From positions 1,922,001 to 1,986,000 of the forward strand of contig OZ287068.1 of assembly GCA_965645245.1 (NCBI GenBank): a DNA stretch of 64,000 nucleotides. The letters run 5' to 3'. The stretch comes from Massalongia carnosa (Eukaryota). How positions within the stretch are numbered: the first letter of the stretch is position 1; each line of letters starts with the position of its first letter. Under the pieces are notes generated by a model, which saw only the letters and a program-made list of their open reading frames with translations, searched no databases and had not been told where the DNA came from. Position numbers and translations under genes: made by a program. Below are positions 49,616 to 61,780 of this stretch, in pieces.

Positions 49616-50593
49616 GCTTCGGAACTTTTCAAACTTTCCGAACAGAACAAGAAGCAGTGAATGGAGATGGATGGTTGTGTCAGGTGAAGGAAAAGGAAAA
49701 GGAAAAGAAAAAGGTATGAGGAATTAATGACGAAGTTTCGCTTGAAACGGCTGCAGGGCCCCACTAGATTTGCGACAAGTTACTGGCGAAATCGTTATTT
49801 TAGCATTTTGTAAGAGTCAAAAAATCTACTGAATGACAAACACGAAAAAGGTGATTCTCTCAATCTCGTTCAATCAACATGTGATATTAGAGAAAACTCT
49901 TGAACGAGTTGTCTGGGTAGTTATTCTGTCGGTCTAGCGTTAGTGACAAACAAGACTTCGCTTATATTGGATTCGTAGAGCAAGAATACATACACCCTTT
50001 AAAGATTCGTACACATTTCATAGATAAGGAGCGCGGTCTTCACTTGGCCTACTGTTTGGTTGTGATGCTGCAGCAATAACTTTTCCTCTAGTAGGCTAAC
50101 TAGCTAAAGGTATGAGATCATAAGGAATCTAAATGCTTAGTAGGTAGGTCCAACCCCTTCCAAATGCCTCCTTTCAGCAAAAATGTAATCCAAGGGATTT
50201 TGGTTCCTTGGTCCTTGCGGATCTTTCTACCTAGCTTGCTAGTCGAAGAATAAACACCATGAAAAGCCGTGATGGATCAACACTAGTTTTCGTTTTCTGC
50301 CTTTTCCTACCCCCTCGGAATGCCCCCGTGAGCTGTCAACAAGTACAAGACATAGGTATGTTACATAGAAGCTCATAGGAAGCACCATCGTAAAGTACTA
50401 GAGACCTCATAATTCGGTAAGTAAAGAAAAAATGTAAAAGGCACAACACTTGCGTGGACGCTCCAATTCAAACTATAAGGGAATCCTAACAGGAGTAGCA
50501 CATGCGCCTTCAATGCTTGCATAAATCCGAACTGTAGCGCCGGAACATATAGGACAGGAAGACATCGATCATGACTTCGAGACGTATCAGAAG

Positions 50594-53500
50594 TTAAGCT
50601 ACTGGGGTAATGCCTTTTTCTCGCGACGAATGCGTCCATCCTAAGCTGAAGAGCTCAAATTTTTCTTTGCTGTTGGTATGGAGATTGGAAGCCGGGGGGT
50701 CAACGGGCGACGGCCTAGCAAAGGTTTGTAGCTGTTCCCGTGGCTCTCGTAATAGGGAGCGTCTGTAATAGCTCTGTACGTTGCTATGATCAGATGATCG
50801 GACCCGGACAAGCTGGTCTTGCATCCAGGTTTGCAATTCAGGAACTTCGGTGAATCGATAGGGGATTTGGAAGCGTTGTAAGTCGCTAATGATTTTGGCA
50901 GTCTTCATGTGTTTATCGAAGTTGATGACTGATTTGCTTTCTTCCACCCCCTCGCAAGTCAGCTGACGGGTAGTCTGATTTCCAACGTCGACAAAGGTTA
51001 GATCGGTGAGGTAAGTTCCAACAAACGGGAGGCATGGAGGCACGTGGTTCTGCAAACGCTGCCGGAGTACAGCATAATTTCGAGAAACATCGACCACTCC
51101 CTTAAGCTGTTCCAGGAGCGCCTTTGTCTTTGAAGATACGAGGTCCCATGTTCGTTTAAGGCGGATGATAGTAGACGAATTCAGAGAGCAGATAATCGCC
51201 ATCAGGGAATCATAGTTGGCAAGCTCGAGGCATTTGTTGGCGATTTTCACCCATTGCTTGATGATTGTTGCTCGCTTTTTCGGGTCCTCGGGCTGGAGAA
51301 TACAGTCTGCCACCAGGTTCGCTAGGTCAGTGGATAACGTTGACATGGCTCGTACGTTAAAAGCCATTGACCCGGACTTCTTCATCCACTCTGTAGCAAG
51401 TAACTCCTCGGGCAAAATCGAGCAAAAAATGCGCGACTCCTTAATAGTAAATTGGCGTGCGAGTTCAAGGGGATCGAAATCGAGAATGCTAATATTAGCC
51501 CCTCCGTTTTTCCAGTTCCGCAGTGCAGCGAGCTGGCCTTTGGTAACTATTGGTGTGGGCGATGGGGTCTCTGGAGGTACGTATGGAGCTACGGAGGTGT
51601 TTGTTTTCCCCATCGACGAGATTAGTCTTGGAACCAGCGGACCATTTGAAGCACAAACTTTCTCTGCTAGATCTGCAAGCCGTTTTCCAGCTGTGGGCAA
51701 CACGGGCAGAACTTGTCGAGCCGCGAAAGGGAGAATAAGCTCCAGCGCATCTTTATCGCATTCATGACGCCAATGTGATTCCAACCACCCTTTGAATACA
51801 TTGTATACTCGAAGCCGAACTGGACCAGCGATCCGAGGACTGTCATTGACATAATGAAACCGGTCGATCAAGGCTTCAGCGAACTGCATAGGCGTTGCGA
51901 ACAGGCGAAAAGTAAGATAGAAGGTGGAAACAAAAGTCGCATCTGGCGTAGAGTCATGGGTGGTAAGCCGTTCGATTAGGGCAGGCAAGGTGCCACCAGT
52001 GATTTGTGCTTCCTTGTTGTACACCAATTCGTGTGCAAAGGTCCGTTCAAGAATCTTCACCTCAACTTCTTCACACTCCTCGTTCAGGGTTGTCTGGCTA
52101 ACCGAAAAGCTTGCATTTAGCGACGAGATTCCAGAGATTAAGACAGGCGTTCCCTCCGGCGAAGTTGCTCGTGTTGATGTTTGCGAGACAATAGTAGTCT
52201 CTGAATCGCGCATGCTGCCAACGTGAGGACTCTCAGTACCCGAGTTGGAGATATCAAAGCTGTCAGGTCGCTGAGGTGTGTGGATATCATCTTCGACAGC
52301 GAGCAAGGCTTTTGTTGATGAAGGAAAGTCATCAGGCGATACTAGAGGACCAGACAGCGGAACTAACGGCGGTAAGGACTGAAAAGATGAACGGTAGCGG
52401 TTAGAAGATGAGGTATGCATCACCGATTTTGATGGCCACGTTGAGCGGATCGATGTAGCCGAGACTGTAGGGGCAATGAGATGCTCATCCTGTTTCCCAC
52501 AAGGAGGAACTGGAGGCCTGCTCAAGGGCTCCATTGGCACAGCCAATTCTGTAGCATTCAGCGCCAGTTCCTCAGGAACGCGATCTTCCAAAAGACTAGC
52601 TCCCCCGGTGGAGCCTTCAGTAGGGCCAAAATCGGTTATGTTCAGTCCCAGAGACTCAAACTCAAAGTCTCCAATCCGTTCAAGGACAAATCGCGATTCC
52701 GCCACACATTCACCTGCTCCACGAACACACGCAGTGGCAGCGTCAACTAATGGTTTCCCTTCGCTAGGCAGCAGCACATCGTCTTCTTCTCCAGATCGAA
52801 TGGGCCGAAAGACATCTCGTGCTGCGCCAGCTAATTCAGTGATTTTAGACACCATTCCATCCCGCGCTTCTTCTAGAAGCTCGGACCGTTGTGAATCACG
52901 CTCCCATATTTCTCCTACCACTCTCAGCATATCCCGACACGACGCAACGGACTGCTGTGTGGTGAGGAGTAATTCTGATGACGATCGAGACTGTAAATGC
53001 AGACCAATGAACGAACCAAGGAAGCCGAGAAACGCGTCGTGTATAGCTGAGAGCTTCTCTGAAGCAAGATTGGGATTAGGCAATCCCGCAGTATGTGCAA
53101 TGGATGAAACTCGATGCGAAATAGATAGCCTCTGGCTCTGTGCAGAAAGTGATCTGTGCGTCTGGCTGCAAATGCTTGATCTGCCAGGCCTAGCACTGTA
53201 TGGCTGAGCCGAGCGGCTATATCGAGAGCGCACCATTGTTTGCTCTGAACAATCCTTTGCATCCTCATTATTTGCTAACTCCGTCTGACACGTCATAGCG
53301 GAAGCGGGTTCTGGGGTATCGCGCATGTGTCCCGTCTCATTTGAGCCGAACTCGCTGCGCTCTGCAGGAGGTGTGGGAGGAACATTGAGATTTCCCTTAA
53401 ATATATCCAGTACGTCCACACTCTCCGTTGACGCAATAACCATTTCCCATATATCCAAGAATTTGACAGCGCGATTGACAATCTTGAACGCTTGCATGAC

Positions 53501-54287
53501 CATTTCATCCAAATCGAGTTCAACCCCTTCCAACACATGCTTTTCTCTTGCCGCAGCCTCAAAACATTTGGCATGTTTGACGAACGAGGTTAGTTCCGAA
53601 AGAAGAACTCTTCGATTGCGGCGGAGAACACTATGGGAGAGCACTATTGATGACTGACGACTGAGGCACGTTGTTTTCTCCTACCAAACAATCAGTCTGG
53701 CTAACATGGAGAAGATGAATCGTAGGAATAGTTACCAGCAAGCATCGTACGCCTGCAATGAGCCCTCGAACATAGATTTGGCTACCGAACACATCGAGTC
53801 CTCCATCGGTGCTCCCTCTGACCATGTCCCAAAAGCTTGTTAAAGCCTTCAATAAAACGCGAATTGGCTCCAGATGATATGGCTTGCAATAGTTTGTTGG
53901 CAACCATCCACGCGCTCCGGACATTAACAAGGTCCCATCAGCCCATCCATTGGTGTGAACAGAATGGACGAGGATGATATCGCCACAGTTTAACGGCAAC
54001 GTAACGGTTGAAGAGCTTTCATCGCAGGTCGGATGATATGGATAGAATGCTCGAAGGTAGGTGTGAAAGTCGGCATGCCCAGAGAGGTACTGGGACATTG
54101 ACATGCTGGGCTGCGTATCATGGGGCGTTAGCGGTGGTGTCAATTGGCCACTTGATTGAACGACAACTGTCCGCCGATCCCGAACCGGCGACTGTGACCT
54201 GTGCGCGCTTCTACTTTGAGTCCTCGATGTGCCTTTCGTGATGTGAAGAGGCGCGACAAACATAGTCGAATGAGTAGGTTGCTCCAT
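50594..54287 (-). CDS. Ras guanine nucleotide exchange factor (SH3 + REM + CDC25 domain; Bud5/Cdc25 family); exons 54287-53736, 53680-50594
   Basis: SH3 YLRAFYPY..GWADG..GWLPTNY, REM GGTLPALIERLT..FYLTFRLF, and CDC25 DPLELARQFT..PCLPFVGTYLTDLTF..INFDKH. Intron 53735-53681 keeps frame. Confidence 0.92.
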
Positions 54288-57200
54288 CTGACTGGTCGTT
54301 GGCTTTTCCGCCCAAGTTGATTGTCCTGGGTTTACGGCTAATGAAACAAGCTGTAGACGTAGGAGAGTCGGACGGCGATATTGCTAACGACTACGACTTG
54401 AGGGAACCTTCGTCGACGCCGCCGCTACCCACCTATCCTAGCCTTCCAATGTTACTGGTTGTTATTCGCCCACGTCATGGATCCGTCAAACGCAAGTGAA
54501 CTTGAGAAAAGGTAAGCACAGGGACAACATAAGCACGAGTAAGTGGTGTTATGGGGAAGGGAATGATAACACTGCTGGGAATGCGGATACAAATCGGGTA
54601 ACTGCATACCATCCAGGGCACTTTGCGCTTGGTGCTGTGTCGAATCTCATACCCGCATTCCGTCCAATCCGCAAAACAACACCGACGGGTAGTGGATCGA
54701 GGTTCACGATGTGGTATCGAGTACGGATGCCAGAATATGCTACGTGGTGGTGCGAGGCTTCTGAAACCAGGGGTTCTTTGGTTCCTTTTAAGACTGGTCG
54801 AAATTGCACCGAGTCCCTTTATCTTTGAAGGAGGAGCAAGACGAAGGCAAAGCAGAAGGTATGAAAGAAGAAGGTAGGTTGAAAGATTGTGTCCAAGCAA
54901 GGGCCGGATACTTTGTGGGGAAGAGGGGGGAAAGGGAAAGAATGTTTGTCTGTGCTCGACTATCAGGCAAGGAGAATGGAGAGAACCAGCGAGCGCCGGA
55001 TGGGATGAAGAGTGAAGGCGGAGATTTTAGTTTCTTTGGTGATGGTGATCCTTTGGTAGGGTTTACTAGAGGGGGGGAAGCTACCGTAGCTAGCTGGCTT
55101 GGTAGTGGCCGGAACTTTGAGCAATGGTCCGCTGCAGTCCAGGGGGGTGAAGCGATCGTGCTCTAGAATTTGCAAGCTATGAGACGTGAGGCCCACTGAA
55201 CCAGTCGTTTGGGAGGGTGGATGTGTGTTTCGATGATGTGATAGCACGACACACGATGTGATGGTGGTTTGGTGCTTGGAATACAGGAGAGGAATGTCAA
55301 ATCGAGTTCGAGATGGCTAAGTAGTAACGACACCTGACGACAGGCAGTTCAAGTAGATAATAACGTTTACACGCACGGATTCTCCGGATCAAAAGATCAA
55401 AGGGGCTCGCGTTGGGCTTTCCATTATGCTATACGACCGTTGAACAAGACCCGACTTTTTATATATTCCCCTACACTCGGGTAGATTCTCAGCAATCATG
55501 AGCTTAGTAGCATCTTCAGTCATTCCGTTTTCAGCCTATTCACAAAGTCAATCGATGTATTCGGAGCAGAAACTACCGAGTGACGTGGATCTCCCACACT
55601 CCTCAGCTTGAATAGACGTTGATCCGTGAGTGGATGCGCTTTCTTCCCTTGTGTTTCCTTGCCTGCCCGGTTTCTCAACAACAGGTAGAGTTTGAACTTG
55701 AGCAAGACTGCTTTAGTTAACGTGAGGCATGCAGGTCTTGATGATGCCTCGAATCGAATTCCAATCGTCTGTTCCCAGCTTTCATGCTGACGACGGTGCT
55801 GGACTAGGGAAGCACTGCCTCTGATGGCAACTAGGAAGTTTGCGTGATACATCTGGTTGCGCTCCGTACTCTGTAACGCCGGATGTTGAACGACTCTGAA
55901 CTCTCGTTTGGGCAGTTTTAGCCAGATCCCCCGCAGTGGTCTCAAAGAAGGATAGGTCGAGCTAAGCAAGCTAAATCTCACGCCAATGGTTTAGCGCCCG
56001 AAGGGTTCCTAGAAATTTAAATTTTATCACTGGGATGATTTTACATTTAACTGGCTGGTGGAGGGTGCTATTGCTTGCATTTCCCATCCGTCCAATTATT
56101 ACTATTGAATGAAATCCGTCACTCGCAGCATCGTTGAGTAAGCGTGAGCGTAAGCGGAAGCGGAAGAGTGTAAAAGTACTCGGTACAGAGCACAAATCCA
56201 ACTACTCCAAAACACCAGTTGGTGTATCGAGTTGAGCAGTCAATATATCTATCAACCCGTCGCTCTGGCAAGAAGGATACAAAGACCTTGGCTGAGGCCA
56301 GATGGCTGATTGGTGGAAGGATCATCATAGTCCCTTTTTTGACAGGACCCGAGAATTCGTCCGCGCGTGTGAAAAGGCAGCGAGCCAAGGTTTCTCACCC
56401 CTGCATGCCGCACCCCCGTATTCTTTTCCAGCCCAGCTAAACGAAAATGCTACGAAGAGTTAGGGTCGAGTTTAAGGTCTACCTTTTCATTTTCAGCATA
56501 GATCAACAGAAAGCCTAAATGATTATCAGGGAGAGGCTTTCTGCAGACTGCGTCTCCATCACCTCACGCTTAGCTACTTGCCCTGTCCGAAGATACGCCA
56601 CCGCTGTCATTCGCTCATCTTAGGGTTAATCACTCAAAGGAGTGACGACAAAGGGTTGGATTATTGGTGCCAGTGACTACCCTCGCCAGAGCTTGAACGT
56701 AGCTGTCTATCCTAACTTGCGGCATACAGCAGACAGTATTTGTTGAAGTACTCCAGACTCTGCCCTCACTCGGAATCCAGAAAACTTCAAGACTCATGGA
56801 TAGAGAGGTCCATGAAAGAAACAAAGGTAAAACACTGAGTCTGTAGTGGTCTGTCGACGAAGACGAGATGCCCAGGTGCCACAGTGCCATGGGAACGCCT
56901 TTGGTGGACAATGGCATGGATACATGCCTTGGCCATGTTGGTGGCGTACGGGTCTCATCTCCGGGAGGAAATAGAACACTAGTATCGTTTTGGACTCGAG
57001 GAAAATCTTTTGCCAGTCTACGGAAATTTAAAGCTTTGGATCGTTAGTTATCCCACCATCTAATCGTAACTCACTATGTAGTAGTAGGTATACTGCTCTT
57101 TCTTCCACTTTAGAACCACATGGCACTCCGCACATGGCACTATCTCTGTCCTCGAAACGAGATGTCTCGGAAAGACGAAGTCGGTGCCAGTTTCAAGCGC

Positions 57201-59941
57201 TCCTTGATCAACGGGGTACTGGGCTTTCTTCAGCTGGCAAAGACCAGCCAACAACCAACTCATACAAGGTACAAATATCTCTCCGCCTGCGATAAACGAA
57301 GTCCAATCATTCCGCCACTAGATAAGTGAACGTAGCGTTCCCGGTGGCAACCCTACAAACCTTTCCTTGTGTAGAGAGACAAATCGGGAACATGGTCAGA
57401 TTTAGTAGCGGTCTGATGAAACACATGTCTATGGATACACTTTCTATGTCTGAATCGCCTGAAAGCTTTGCGGCATCACCGGAGCGAGGGTTGAAAGATC
57501 CTTCTAAGGGGCTTTGGTTGTTGATTTGTTCGACGCACAGAGCCTGGAATATGGTGATCGATCCAGTTGTTGAGAGCAAAGCGGTATAGAGTACTCTTGA
57601 GATGTTTCTTGATTCACACCAAGGCATAGAAAATAGGGGCAATGCAGAGTAGCGTTACCTAGACGACGCGCAGCCACAGTAGGCCCGAACTGATCTGCTT
57701 AACCACCCTCATCCTAGTCGCAAATCACGAAATCATTTAAACCGATAAAAATACGGGGGAAATCGATAAAACTGCTGATTCGTGGTTCGCCGAACTTTAT
57801 CCGTATAGCCTCGAACTCAAAGGCCGCACGGGAGGGGTTTCTCCCTTTTCGATCACCACTCGTCCCAATCGGGATGGATCTCAAGGCAAATTCGCAAAAC
57901 CAGGCTGCTATACCAAGCGTCCCACGCTAGCTACAGACAATGTCCGCAGCTGGATCCTCTTGCGGCACCGACTACACCATACATCACAATCTTGGCGGTT
58001 ATCTGAACGACAGACAACGATGAAGGCATGTTGGTAACACATAGCGACAAGCTGGACTTGTTGGATCATCTTGACGAAATGCGACAAGTGGCCCTATACA
58101 TGACCGTAAGAAGCAAAAAGAACACAAGGATGTACATGTGCTCTGTGCTCCGTCCAGAGCACAAGGCATAGAGTAGACATCCTCTTTTCGTTTGCGTCCT
58201 TCTTCACTTGATTATCCATCTGGCAACAGCCAGCTGAAACCTCGTCACTTCCCTTGAGAACACCGAAAATGCCCATTTACATAGTTATATCGGTTTCCAG
58301 GCTACGAAATCCCATCCCTCCTCCTCGTCGGTCAGTTTCTTCCTACCTACAGATTAACGTTTGTATTCATCATTTCAACTTCTCTTTAAAAATCGTTCTC
58401 GCGCTTTCGCCTTGGCCTGGCCCTCATCGAGACATTTGTCATTGGTGGGAACTCATGCATATGCATTATGTGAATTTGACGCTTTTGCGAGAAGGTACAG
58501 AGTACAGAGTAAAGGCAACCGTACCTAGATGCTGTGCAACATGGCCGATCGAGACGTCATCTTCCAAACGCTCTTTTTTCACATTCCTTTTCCTATCTCT
58601 GAAAGCTTCCTCGATTTGAACCCCTTGTAGAATTCTGCACAACAGGTTTGTAACTTTGCAACTTTACGCGCCACTTCTTTGCCTTATCACTAGTCGTCTT
58701 ACTCTTAGCTGCCGTTATGCTATCTGTGCTATGTACATCATGAAGAATTACAGCTCGGGCTTGCTACCAACTCTGTACACTGCATATTTCTATTCATCCA
58801 TCCAGACGATAGATAGGACTAGACTACTTCGACCCCTATCTGGGATTGCATACCCCATCGCCAGAAGCATAATCGACAATTCTTTCATTGTGGGGTCACT
58901 TATTACCGGCGTCAACCAGTCGCTGACTTGATGCATGGATGCCCTTGACAAGCTCTGATCAATGCTTATGCTACCATTACCTAGGAAATCATTTGCCTCT
59001 AGTTCCTACTTCGCAGTCTACGAAAAATCCCTCTACCACAAAAAATCTATAGCCACTCCTAGAAACTGATGGATGTTCAGAAAATCATCAATCTATAGAT
59101 TTTTGAAAAATCTCTCCACTAATTTGCCAGGCTCTCCTAGAAACTCGAAACCTTCATATTACCTTTTGACATTGAAGTTCTTACCTTTCTATGCGTTTTC
59201 CGTCTGAAAATGTCTTGCGATGCGATCTTTCTATGTATTCAATCAGCCTCGATTTCCAGCCATCTTCTTGTTTGCAGCCGATTTTGCTAATATACTAGAA
59301 ATTATGGTTGAGAAGACTATGATGTAGGATCTGAAGGAGAGTTGGGATCCTACATCTACCAAATGGCACCTATCAAACTTAGAGCAATCTCATCCGAGAA
59401 TCCATGTCGCACAACCTGATTTGCCCAACTGTCTCTTTGCATCCGACGGCCTCTTGCCCCCATTTGACTCCACCCTTTTACAGGAATGTTATCCGTTTGT
59501 TATTTTCGTTCACAAGTTCTTCGTATTTCCCTCGCTTTAACAAGACAGATATTTGGATTCACCCTTGCTCCACTCTAGTGCCACAACATCTTCTCACAGA
59601 TTATGTCTCCCTAGTTTACTGTCTCCAACAGCTACGCACCAGCAACGGCCTGATAACGGCTCCATGCCTCGAAACTTCTTCTGCGGCAACACTAACCCTA
59701 ACCCTACAAGTTTACACGGAGCAGCACGCATAATTGGAGTCTCAAAGGTCCGGAGTCTGGACTGCGATGCTAGATCTCCTCTTCACACCCACCAGAAACG
59801 GATGCCAGGAACGGTCGCCAGACCCCTCGGTAACCGGGAGGGCCTTTTGAGAGTTATGAATGACACCCCAAGCAAATTTTTGTTCATTGAGTCAAGATGA
59901 CAAAAAGAGAGAATCGAAACTCTTCAAAGATACTGAATGTT

Positions 59942-60351
59942 CTGAAGATCTCTCGTTCTTGGAAGGAAAGCATTAAACCAGATCTGACAACTGATGATTT
60001 ACAAGGACAAATTGAAGATCTCTCATTCCTGAAAGCATTAACTGTTGAGTTATAACCCTAGCCCTACCAGGCATGCTGGATCATCAGCCGAGTGTTGTAT
60101 CATGTTTACTGTATCAGAACAGTCATAGCCTCCAAACCAAAAAACAACCAATAGTCATTCCTGTAGATGGATAAATACAAAACCACTTGGCTACATATAT
60201 TTTCCGTTGCACTTATCCATAACCCAGATCTGACATCCGGTGATGACTTACAAAGAACAAACTGAACATCTCCCGTTCTTGGGAAACCACCAAGCCGGAT
60301 CCGACATCTATGTGGCGATTTCAGAGGACAAATCCAGAAAACCCTGTTCTG
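59942..60351. repeat. Degenerate 55-70 bp direct repeat, about three copies plus a partial copy
   Basis: CCAGATCTGACA..TGATGAYTTACAA..ACAAAYTGAASATCTCYCRTTC at about 59978 and 60224, a diverged copy near 60295 and a partial copy at 59942. Confidence 0.75.
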
Positions 60352-60459
60352 GAGATGAGTGAGATCTTGTCGTATCGTATCTATTAAAAGTGTAAAAGCC
60401 CCGACTAATTACGTCGCAACAGCTCTCGAGTCCATTCACTTCACCGTTCGAGAACCTTT

Positions 60460-61760
60460 AGAAGAAAACACACACACACACACACACCACATATACCCTT
60501 CTTCCTGCAGAAACTCAAGAGGAAAAGGTCCGAGGAATAGACACCGCTTCCCCGAAAGTTAACTATTCATTATCACCACCTTCTTTCCCCCCCCCCCAAA
60601 AACACCCTTATCTCTCTTTCCTTTTCTAGCAAGCAAGCAAGCAAAATAAACACCCCAACATTCATCATGCCAGTACTCCACAATTCCCCCCCCCCCCCCC
60701 CCGCACGAACGAAACGTCCTTTCGAAGGAAAAACCTCCACCCCCTCGTCGTCCTCGTCCCCTTTTCAGTTTCTCCTAACCTTTCCGCGCATCCAACCCTC
60801 CTCCCCTTTTTATTTTTTCATGGAGGTGGTCCCCTTGTCGATAAATATCAAGGGATCATCCTCACTGTGACGTTGGTTATATAGACTGACAGGTAAGTAG
60901 ACATAAAAAATAAAAAAAACTCTGTCCCACTCATCCGCTCACTCAGACTAAACCAAAACCAGCCAACAATTTCCCCCCATATTCCACCAAGTCAAAGTCA
61001 TCCAGCCTTCCTAGCCACCTACTTACTCATCCGTTTCCTATCGGTGACGTATCCTATCCTACCCCGGGAGGGGGGGGGGGGGATCGTGATTATAATCTTT
61101 GGAGGCCTCCTTTTTGGGAAGTGGATGAGAGAGAAAGAGAGCATGAACGCTCGCTTGATACAAACACGCGCGCGCACACGCACACATAACTGTATACCCC
61201 CCAAAAAAAAGCACATCATCATATTAAATCCCGGAATTCAGAAGAGACCATGGGGGGTCGGTCTGCAGAACGCGGAAGTGAGGAAAGGAACAATAATATA
61301 ACAACTAGTTACGTTATCTCTTTTTCTAATTTTTTTTTTAGAACTCGGTTTTTCCTGACTTGAGAGTTGATATCTTAGGTAGATATGGTAGATAGATCGG
61401 TATAAGAAATAAATATAACGGAAAAAAAAAACCAATCTAGATGAGAGAGGGGGAAAAAAAAGAGCTTTTTGTTCGTCATATTTTTTTCAGCATTAGCATT
61501 AGATACATAAACTATGTAATCAATCATCTGCTACCGCTATTTCGCTCAATGTGTGTGGGTGACGCCTCCTTTGCCCGTAGATGATTGAATCAGCATACAT
61601 AGATACTTTTGGGGGGGTGATTAAGAAAAATTGGAAAAATCCAATCGAAAAAATCCCAACAATTCCCAAGATAATAGACACGCCACATAAATCTCCAAAG
61701 GCGCCATTCATTGTTTTACCAGAAAAATCAAGAAAACCCCCCCCCAAAAAAAGGTTCTGC
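60460..61760. repeat. Homopolymer- and microsatellite-rich region 3' of the last gene
   Basis: (CA)n, (GCAA)n and poly-C, -G, -A and -T runs. Confidence 0.75.
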
Positions 61761-61780
61761 TCAAATCACCGCTGACGACA

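Noticed and set aside
51216..53657. Long plus-strand ORFs (183, 243 and 110 aa)
   Set aside because: Antisense shadows of the RasGEF coding sequence.
56630..58931. Several 60-120 aa ORFs in the gene-free region
   Set aside because: Most have non-ATG starts, no domain signal and no convincing splice chain.
59942..60351. CRISPR-like repeat-spacer array
   Set aside because: The context is eukaryotic, the repeats are degenerate and irregularly spaced, and there are no cas genes.
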